NCBI GenBank assembly: GCA_963718575.1
Contig: OY970358.1
Location: 258,172-322,171, forward strand
Length of the DNA stretch: 64,000 nt
Origin: an uncultured bacterium
Lineage (GTDB): Bacteria > Patescibacteriota > Minisyncoccia > UBA6257 > 2-01-FULL-56-20
Reading direction: 5' to 3'
Shown here: positions 57,418 through 64,000 of the stretch, one piece after another
How positions within the stretch are numbered: position 1 is the stretch's first letter
How the letters are laid out: the number at the start of each line of letters is the position of its first letter
The notes under the pieces: generated by a model
Told to the model about the DNA's origin: nothing
What the model saw: only the letters and a program-made list of their open reading frames with translations
Databases searched by the model: none
Translations under genes and position numbers: made by a program

Positions 57418-57912
57418 ATGGCGAAAGGCAAAAGTAATTTCTTCGAGGTAAACTCGCACAAGGCGTCGGTACGGGTGACCGTGAATTCCATCATGATGGG
57501 CGGCCTGTTCCTTATCCTCAGCTTGATCTGGACGGGCGGATCCGGAAAATTTAATGTTTTCATCATAAGCCAATTGATCCTGGCAGTACCGCTCTTATAT
57601 GTCTCCGCGCTGGCGTATTTGAAGATCGGGTATTCAGAGAAAGTTATCATGTGGGATACGCTTGGATGGTTTACGAGCAGTATCGGCGGCATTCTTATTT
57701 TAAATGCGATCGGCTTGATGACCGTTCCGATCGACGCTACCGTAACCTTCCTCTATTTCTTTCTCCTCATAGCGCTCATGTTGATATACTCGCTCATCAA
57801 CATTATCTATAACCCGCATGAAACGGCCGAAAAGCTGTTTAAATTTTTCTTCTTTTTGGTCGTGGTGGCAGCAGGAGGATTGTTGCCGTTATTGCTCGGG
57901 CTGGTACATTGA
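57418..57912 (+). CDS. Integral membrane hypothetical protein.
   Basis: Four to five transmembrane helices and no known domain. Confidence 0.4.
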   Translation: MAKGKSNFFEVNSHKASVRVTVNSIMMGGLFLILSLIWTGGSGKFNVFIISQLILAVPLLYVSALAYLKIGYSEKVIMWDTLGWFTSSIGGILILNAIGLMTVPIDATVTFLYFFLLIALMLIYSLINIIYNPHETAEKLFKFFFFLVVVAAGGLLPLLLGLVH

Positions 57913-57978
57913 TAAAGCTTGGACAATTTTCATAATCTGGAGTAGAATATAAAAATTAACTAAACATTATATATACCC

Positions 57979-58104
57979 ATGGCAAAGCGAGGACACTGGA
58001 TAAACCGCCAGAAATCGAGTTCCAAGAAGACCAAAAAGCGGCTTGCCGCAAAGAAGGTCATGCTCGAGGCAAAGAAGAGCAAACGCCGCAATAAGGGCAA
58101 ATAA
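57979..58104 (+). CDS. Small, very basic 41-aa protein (MAKRGHWINRQKSSSKKTKKRLAAKKVMLEAKKSKRRNKGK). It was not in the supplied ORF track.
   Basis: An ORF seen in the sequence, with a promoter-like TTGATA...TAGAAT upstream. It does not match any ribosomal protein I recognise. Confidence 0.25.
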   Translation: MAKRGHWINRQKSSSKKTKKRLAAKKVMLEAKKSKRRNKGK

Positions 58105-58224
58105 GATCACAGAACAAATTCATTCGGCAAAAAAGGGTCATAGCAATCGCGCTTGACTCCCCTTTTTTATCTGGCGTTACGGTTCTGAAAGGCCAAAATT
58201 ACTGTATAATAGATAGTATCGCTC

Positions 58225-59523
58225 ATGGAAAATCGATATAAGCCCCTAAAAAAGCTTTTTACTCCCGCCCGCGCGGCTTTTTGTGCCGCCCTTGTCGCGA
58301 CCCTCGCAATAACGGCCGGTACCGCGGCGGCGCAAAACATCACGCCAACCGCCACAAGCACGGCCGCGAGCAGCAGTTCCCTGCAGGCCGAGCTTGATGC
58401 CAACAATCAGGAGATGGCCAGCCTGAACCAGCAGATCGCGACATACCAGGCCGAGCTCCAGCAGGTCGGTGCCAATAAGAAAACACTCCAGGCCGCGATC
58501 AACTCGCTCGATCTGCAAAAGAATAAGGTACAGACGCAGATCTCGCTCACGCAGACGCAGATCCAGAACACCCAGATCCAGATACAACAGCTGGGCGGCG
58601 AGATCACAAATGCACAGCAAACGATTGCGCAGGATCAAACGGCGCTCGGAGCATACCTCCAAAGCCTTCAAGTGCAGGAGAGCCAGCCTCTTATCGTACA
58701 GATGCTTTCGTCCGGCGGCCTCGTACAATCATGGAGCGACCTGAACCAGACCCTGGAGATTCAAAATGGCATCCAAAACGAGATGCAGGCACTTAAAACG
58801 GAGGAAGGCACGCTCACCTCCTCCCAGGTCGCATCACAAGAGAAGCAGACCACGCTGACCGCTCAGCAACAAGCGCTCGCGGCGCAGCAGCAATCGCTTA
58901 TTTCGACCGAACAATCCAAGAGCCAATTACTTGTCGAGACGAACTCGCAAGAAGCGACCTACGAGAAACTCCTCGCCCAGGCGACCGCGGAGCTGAACAG
59001 TTTCTCCGCGTTCGCCGCGAACGCCGGCGGCACCAAGATCCTTGGCAATCAAACCATTTGCGACTCGTGGGGTTGTTACTACAATCAACGTGACGCCTTA
59101 TGGGGCAACCTCCCGCTCGACGGGACAAAATACACCATGGCCGCAGACGGTTGCCTTGTGAGCGCCATGGCGATGGTGTTGACCCATTATGGCTACAAGG
59201 ATGTGACGCCCGAGACCATCAACGCAGACCCGAATGATTTTGCGGCATACGCTCCGGCCTATCTTTTAACGTCAATCAGTGTTGATGGCGTCACCGCCTC
59301 ACGTAAGACGGCGGCGATCGATGCCACGCTCACGACCGGCAGCCCCGTGATCGTCGGCATCAATGCCTACGGCGGCACGCACTTCGTGGTGCTCGTAAGC
59401 GGCAGTAAAGGCAATTACATCATGAAGGATCCGTACATCACGGACGGGGACGATATCAGCTTCTCCGCGAATTACTCATTGAGAAGCATCTTCGCCATTG
59501 CGAAGGTGGTGATCACGAGCTAG
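58225..59523 (+). CDS. Secreted coiled-coil protein with a C-terminal papain-like (C39-like) cysteine peptidase domain.
   Basis: A signal peptide and a long Q/L-rich coiled-coil. The C-terminal AADGCLVSAMAMVLTHYGY (Cys) ... GGTHFVVLV (His) fits a C39-like peptidase. Confidence 0.55.
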   Translation: MENRYKPLKKLFTPARAAFCAALVATLAITAGTAAAQNITPTATSTAASSSSLQAELDANNQEMASLNQQIATYQAELQQVGANKKTLQAAINSLDLQKNKVQTQISLTQTQIQNTQIQIQQLGGEITNAQQTIAQDQTALGAYLQSLQVQESQPLIVQMLSSGGLVQSWSDLNQTLEIQNGIQNEMQALKTEEGTLTSSQVASQEKQTTLTAQQQALAAQQQSLISTEQSKSQLLVETNSQEATYEKLLAQATAELNSFSAFAANAGGTKILGNQTICDSWGCYYNQRDALWGNLPLDGTKYTMAADGCLVSAMAMVLTHYGYKDVTPETINADPNDFAAYAPAYLLTSISVDGVTASRKTAAIDATLTTGSPVIVGINAYGGTHFVVLVSGSKGNYIMKDPYITDGDDISFSANYSLRSIFAIAKVVITS

Positions 59524-59545
59524 GCCCGCGCGTGCCGCCATCGCA

Positions 59546-60445
59546 CTAGACCATCGCCCCGACGGCGATGGTGATAAAAAGTGCGAGCATGACAAAGAGC
59601 GAAAGAAAGAACATCTGCCGCGCCCAGTTCCTATTGGCGGCCACGGCGCGCGCGGAGAGATCGTTCCGGATCCAAAACCCGCGCACGCAAAGCGTGAGCC
59701 AGATGACGCCAAGGATAAGCGCGATCGTAAGATATAACGACCCGGCATAGCCGAAAAGCGGAAGGAGTGACGCCGCAACGATGAACTCTATGATGTAAAT
59801 CGCCATACTGATCTTCGTGCGCGCGACGCCCCGCGCGACGGGCATCACCGGGATCTTCGCGGCGGCGTAATCCTCCTCGCGCCGGATGGCAATCGCAAAA
59901 AAATGCGGCATCTGCCAGGCAAGCATGATCAAAAATAATATGAGCGCCACCACATCGATCCGCCCGCTCGCGGCGACGTAGCCCACGACCGGCGGCGTGG
60001 CTCCGGCGATCGCGCCGATGAATGTGCCGTACACCGTGCGGCGCTTTCCCCATAAGCTATACGCGCATACATAAAAAATAAATCCGGTGACCGCGGTAAG
60101 TGTGGCCAGGATATTCGTGAAAAAAATGAGGGTAAAAAATCCGACAACGCCGAGCGCGCTCGCAAATATGAGCGCCGAGCGCGCCGAAACGCGATGAGTG
60201 ACGAGCGCACGATGCCTCGTGCGCTCCATCCTTGCATCAATGTGCCGGTCGATATAATTATTGAACACGCAGCCCGAGGCCATGACGAGGCAAATGCCCG
60301 CGACCGTGGCGATGAGAAGCCAGACGCTCACGGGCACCGCGGTCGCATTTCGCAAAACCTGAGCTCCCAATAAGAACCCCGCGAGTACCGTAATGATATT
60401 CCCGAACACGAGTCCCGACTTGGTCAGCTCGTAGTAATATTTCAT
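59546..60445 (-). CDS. cyoE: Protoheme IX farnesyltransferase (heme O synthase).
   Basis: A UbiA-family polytopic prenyltransferase in the canonical position after cyoD. Confidence 0.85.
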   Translation of the reverse strand: MKYYYELTKSGLVFGNIITVLAGFLLGAQVLRNATAVPVSVWLLIATVAGICLVMASGCVFNNYIDRHIDARMERTRHRALVTHRVSARSALIFASALGVVGFFTLIFFTNILATLTAVTGFIFYVCAYSLWGKRRTVYGTFIGAIAGATPPVVGYVAASGRIDVVALILFLIMLAWQMPHFFAIAIRREEDYAAAKIPVMPVARGVARTKISMAIYIIEFIVAASLLPLFGYAGSLYLTIALILGVIWLTLCVRGFWIRNDLSARAVAANRNWARQMFFLSLFVMLALFITIAVGAMV

Positions 60446-60446
60446 C

Positions 60447-60806
60447 TTAAAATCCGTCCTGACTTTGGATGTAGGCGTTCATGTCGGCCGGGGATGCCAT
60501 CATGTTGTAATTCAAGTGATTCATGATCCAGATTGAACCGGCGACCACGATAAAGATGATGCCGACGACCGAGACGAGCGCGCCAAGCTTCCAACGCGGC
60601 CCGGATTCATCCGCCAGATGCATAAAAAAGATGAGCTGGACGAACAGCTGTGCGATGGCAAGGATAAGGATCGCGCCGATGAGGAAATTGGTCGAAAAAA
60701 CCGTACGGCCGGAACTGACGTGAACCCACACAAGCCACGCCGCCGCAAGCGTGAGCAGCAGTGAAAGGATGAACCCGATAATGTATGACTTGAGCGAAGA
60801 TTTCAT
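60447..60806 (-). CDS. cyoD: Cytochrome bo3 ubiquinol oxidase subunit IV.
   Basis: Its size, three transmembrane helices and position in the operon. Confidence 0.8.
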   Translation of the reverse strand: MKSSLKSYIIGFILSLLLTLAAAWLVWVHVSSGRTVFSTNFLIGAILILAIAQLFVQLIFFMHLADESGPRWKLGALVSVVGIIFIVVAGSIWIMNHLNYNMMASPADMNAYIQSQDGF

Positions 60807-60810
60807 GTGA

Positions 60811-61425
60811 TTACATGATTCCCATTAAATAGACCGTCGCGAAAATGAATATCCAAACGATATCGAGAAAGTGCCAGAAGAGCGTGAATCGGTCGAGTTT
60901 GGAAACGACGGCGGGCGTGAGGCCTTTGAGTTTGAGCTGGATGATCGCGACGACGATCCAAAGCAATCCGACGGAGATATGGAGTCCGTGCGTGCCGACG
61001 AGCGTGAAAAACGCGGAGAGGAATGCGCTCCTCTGCCAGCTCGCCCCTATCGCAACAAAGCGCGAGAGCTCGGCGATCTCGAGCGTCAGAAACGTCGCGC
61101 CGAGCACGAATGTGACGGCGAGCCACGCGATCGTCTGATTCACCTTTCCCCGCCGGGCGGCAAGCGTGGCGAGCCCGCAGGTGAAGCTTGAAGTGAGCAG
61201 GACGAGCGTATTCGCGAGCGCCGTCGGCAAACTAAAGAGATCGTTCGATGACGGACCGCCGAACGTGTTCGGTTTTAACACGAAATATACCGCAAAGAGC
61301 ACGCCGAAAATAATGAGGTCGGTCATCAAGTAAACCCAGAAGCCGAATGCGTGCCGATCGGCCGCTGCCGCCGTAGCACTCGCTTCGCGCGGCATGTCTA
61401 CATTATTTTTCATTATCTTTTCCAT
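60811..61425 (-). CDS. cyoC: Cytochrome bo3 ubiquinol oxidase subunit III.
   Basis: The COX3-family pattern and its position in the operon. Confidence 0.85.
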   Translation of the reverse strand: MEKIMKNNVDMPREASATAAAADRHAFGFWVYLMTDLIIFGVLFAVYFVLKPNTFGGPSSNDLFSLPTALANTLVLLTSSFTCGLATLAARRGKVNQTIAWLAVTFVLGATFLTLEIAELSRFVAIGASWQRSAFLSAFFTLVGTHGLHISVGLLWIVVAIIQLKLKGLTPAVVSKLDRFTLFWHFLDIVWIFIFATVYLMGIM

Positions 61426-63419
61426 GCTATTTTTTCCATTTTCTCGATCTCGGCGGCCGGGATCACATATTCCGTATGCTCATCGAACGAACGAATGATC
61501 ACGCACGCGACGCATCCGACGAGGCCAAGCACCATGAGCCAGATGATGTGCCACACCGCGCCGAATGAGAATAAAAAGAAGAATCCGGAAAGATAGATCG
61601 CCATACCGGTGTTCTTCGTGAGCTCAATGTCCTCATACTCCGCACCGGCGGCGCCATGCGCCGGCACCTTCCCCTGTTTCTTCATCTCCCAAAATGCATC
61701 GCGACTATCGACCTCGGGCGCTTTCGCAAAGTTATAAAATGGCACGGGCGAGCTGGTCGCCCACTCGAGCGTATGTCCGTCCCACGGATCGCCCGTCGTG
61801 TCCATATGCTCTTTCCGCTCGCGAACGCTCACGATCACCTGCCATACCTGCATAAGCGCGCCTGCCGCAATGATGCAGACGCCGATCCCCGCCGCGATGA
61901 AGAACGGCTGATAGCCGGTGGATGCCGAATACGAATCCATGCGGCGCACCGCGCCCATGAATCCCAATATGTAGAGCGGCACGAAGGACATAAAGAATCC
62001 CACGATCCAAAGCCAGAACGCGCGGCGGCCGATCTTTTCGTTCAAAGTAAATCCAAATACTTTGGGGAACCAGTACGTGATGCCCGCGAAGATGCCAAAG
62101 AGCGCGGCGCTCACGATCATCGTGTGAAAGTGCGCTACGAGGAAGAGGCTGTTGTGCAATTCAAAGTCCGCGCCTGGAACCGAGAGCAGGATGCCCGCCA
62201 TGCCGCCGAAGGTAAACAAGCTCACAAATCCCATGAAGTACATCATCGGCGTCGTGAATCGGATGCGGCCGCGGAACATCGTCGCGATCCAGTTGAAGAT
62301 CTGCACCGCCGTCGGGATCGCGATGATCCCCGTCATGATGCCGAAGAACGCGTCCACGTCCGCGCCGGCGCCCATCGTAAAGAAGTGGTGCAGCCAGACG
62401 AGAAACGAGAGCATCGTGATGGCGATCGCGGCGCAGACCATGGAGACATAGCCGAATATCTTTTTGCCGGAGAACGTGGCCACGACCTCGGAGAAGATGC
62501 CGAACGCGGGGATGACGAGAATATACACCTCCGGATGACCCCACATCCAGATAAGATTCACATAGAGCATCGGATTTCCGCCGAAGGCGGTCGTAAAAAA
62601 ATGCATGCCAAAGAATCGGTCAAGCCAGAGCAACAGCGTCGTCGCGGTGAGCACCGGGAACGCGGCGATCACAAGCGCCATGCTGCAAAGCGAGGTCCAC
62701 GTGAAAAGCGGCATCATCATCAGTTTCATCCCCTTCACGCGCATCTTCAAAATAGTGACGATGAAGTTGATGCCGCCAAGCAACGATCCCAGTCCGGAGA
62801 TCTGCAGGCTCCATATCCAATAATCCACGCCGGTGCCCGGACTGAATTGCAGCTCCGAGAGCGGCGGGAGTGAGAGCCAGCCGCTCGCCGCGAACTCGCC
62901 GCCGACCACAAAGAACATATTGATGAACACGGCACCGGCGACGTAGAGCCAGAAGCCGAGCGAGTTGAGAAACGGGAATGCGAGATCGCGTGCGCCGATC
63001 TGCAACGGCACGATCAGGTTCATAAGCCCGAAGAAGAATCCCATCGTCACGAAGAACACCATGATATCGCCGTGCGCCGTAAAGATCTGCTGGAAGTGAC
63101 TCGCATCAAGGTAGCCATGCGTGGCGCCAAGAATCCCCGGCGCGTTGCCGGACGCGAGCGACTGCTGCAGCCAGATCATCGCCGCATCCAATCCCCCGCG
63201 GAAGAGCATGAGCGACGCCATCACGATGTACATGATCCCGATCTTCTTCGGGTCGGTGGACGTGAGCCACTCGCTCCACAGCCACTTCCAACGCTTGAGG
63301 TACGTCAGCACCGCCGCAACAGCTCCAAGCAACACAACGATCGCCGCCGTCCCGCCGATAGTGAACCATTGGTGAGGGAGCGCGGACCAGGTGAGATCGC
63401 CGATAAGGAAGTGAATCAT
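61413..63419 (-). CDS. cyoB: Cytochrome bo3 ubiquinol oxidase subunit I.
   Basis: A heme-copper oxidase subunit I of 668 aa with conserved His ligands. Confidence 0.9.
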   Translation of the reverse strand: MIHFLIGDLTWSALPHQWFTIGGTAAIVVLLGAVAAVLTYLKRWKWLWSEWLTSTDPKKIGIMYIVMASLMLFRGGLDAAMIWLQQSLASGNAPGILGATHGYLDASHFQQIFTAHGDIMVFFVTMGFFFGLMNLIVPLQIGARDLAFPFLNSLGFWLYVAGAVFINMFFVVGGEFAASGWLSLPPLSELQFSPGTGVDYWIWSLQISGLGSLLGGINFIVTILKMRVKGMKLMMMPLFTWTSLCSMALVIAAFPVLTATTLLLWLDRFFGMHFFTTAFGGNPMLYVNLIWMWGHPEVYILVIPAFGIFSEVVATFSGKKIFGYVSMVCAAIAITMLSFLVWLHHFFTMGAGADVDAFFGIMTGIIAIPTAVQIFNWIATMFRGRIRFTTPMMYFMGFVSLFTFGGMAGILLSVPGADFELHNSLFLVAHFHTMIVSAALFGIFAGITYWFPKVFGFTLNEKIGRRAFWLWIVGFFMSFVPLYILGFMGAVRRMDSYSASTGYQPFFIAAGIGVCIIAAGALMQVWQVIVSVRERKEHMDTTGDPWDGHTLEWATSSPVPFYNFAKAPEVDSRDAFWEMKKQGKVPAHGAAGAEYEDIELTKNTGMAIYLSGFFFLFSFGAVWHIIWLMVLGLVGCVACVIIRSFDEHTEYVIPAAEIEKMEKIAWKR

Positions 63420-63423
63420 AGTA

Positions 63424-64000
63424 TTACATCGTCATCCCCGGCATATTTGCAGGCATCGCCGTCGTGCCCGTCGCCTCAGGCACCATATACTTTATTAGAA
63501 TAGTATCATACAGGTCTTTGTCGTATGACGAGTAGTATGCGGCAGCGTTGTTCTCGCTCGGCTCGGCGAGCGTGTTGTAGGTGTTCATATCCAAAACGGG
63601 ATAGGCACTCGTCGAATTCTGTACCGACGCGACCCATGCATCAAAATCCGCCTGCGACGTGGACTTGGCGAGGAACGTCATCCCTGCGTATCCCGCACCG
63701 TTGATCTCTGTGTCTTTGCCGGTATACTCGCCGATCGAGCTAGCCTCGAGCTCAAGTTGGGTCTGCATCGCCGCCATCGCGTAGATCTGACTGCCAAGCT
63801 GCGGAATCCAAAACGAGCTCATTGGCCCGTCGGCCGTCAACTCAAAATGGAGCGGCGTGTCCACCGGGAACTGAATGTAGTTGACCGTCGCGATCCCTTG
63901 CGCCGGATAGATGAACAGCCACTTCCACTGGAGCGCCACCACCTGGATCGTGAGCGGCGGCACGTTCGACGGAATGGATCTATACGGATCGAGCGCGTGC
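63424..64000 (-). CDS. cyoA: Cytochrome bo3 ubiquinol oxidase subunit II. It is partial, and its N-terminus lies beyond the window edge.
   Basis: A quinol oxidase subunit II C-terminal domain, in the position upstream of cyoB. Confidence 0.8.
   Translation of the reverse strand, partial: HALDPYRSIPSNVPPLTIQVVALQWKWLFIYPAQGIATVNYIQFPVDTPLHFELTADGPMSSFWIPQLGSQIYAMAAMQTQLELEASSIGEYTGKDTEINGAGYAGMTFLAKSTSQADFDAWVASVQNSTSAYPVLDMNTYNTLAEPSENNAAAYYSSYDKDLYDTILIKYMVPEATGTTAMPANMPGMTM

Noticed and set aside
61656-62873. A 405-aa plus-strand ORF.
   Set aside because: It is antisense to cyoB, with Arg/His-rich nonsense composition.

Overview
The window reads as a high-GC (about 60%) bacterial chromosome segment with several lower-GC accessory insertions. 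The core gene set looks streamlined, possibly Patescibacteria/CPR-like; this is an inference, not a classification.

Core genes recognised:
- a conserved ribosomal/RNA-polymerase block on the minus strand: infA-rpmJ-rpsM-rpsK-rpsD-rpoA-rplQ, then rplM-rpsI
- rpoD, and a short-form alaS lacking the C-terminal domain
- class Ia RNR nrdAB
- a UvrD/PcrA-type helicase translationally coupled to a Cas4/AddB-type Fe-S nuclease
- a complete cytochrome bo3 oxidase operon cyoABCDE, running to the window edge
- an acylphosphatase, a SpoU methyltransferase, and an arsR-AHSA1-ydeI operon
- many secreted or surface proteins: two M23 peptidases, a lamin-tail-domain protein, a pilin-like LamG protein, a coiled-coil C39-like peptidase, and an M50-like/M15 fusion

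Main points of interest:
- The clearest mobile element sits at the 3' end of tRNA-Asn(GTT) (44988..45062). A large serine recombinase reads into the tRNA and is followed by an excisionase-like HTH and an HUH-type Rep/relaxase. The cargo continues to at least about 53.9 kb and possibly about 59.5 kb. It includes an AbiV-like HEPN protein divergent from a 419-aa unknown, a REC-like protein, a four-gene unknown operon behind a palindromic operator, and a minimal SET-domain methyltransferase.
- A second low-GC islet at about 5.56-10.7 kb starts with iteron-like repeats and an RHH protein. It also carries MerR, YkgJ, P-II-like and DnaJ-type zinc-finger genes.
- The adjacent pyrD and nrdJ (class II RNR) genes are disrupted by frameshifts while nrdAB is intact. 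This suggests gene decay or local sequence error.
- Other notable points: an rpoA lacking the alpha C-terminal domain, an rpoD with a lysine-rich N-terminal tail, a 28-bp perfect palindrome at the rpoD stop, and a roughly 95-nt hairpin-rich candidate sRNA with its own promoter and terminator.

No rRNA genes and no CRISPR array were seen.
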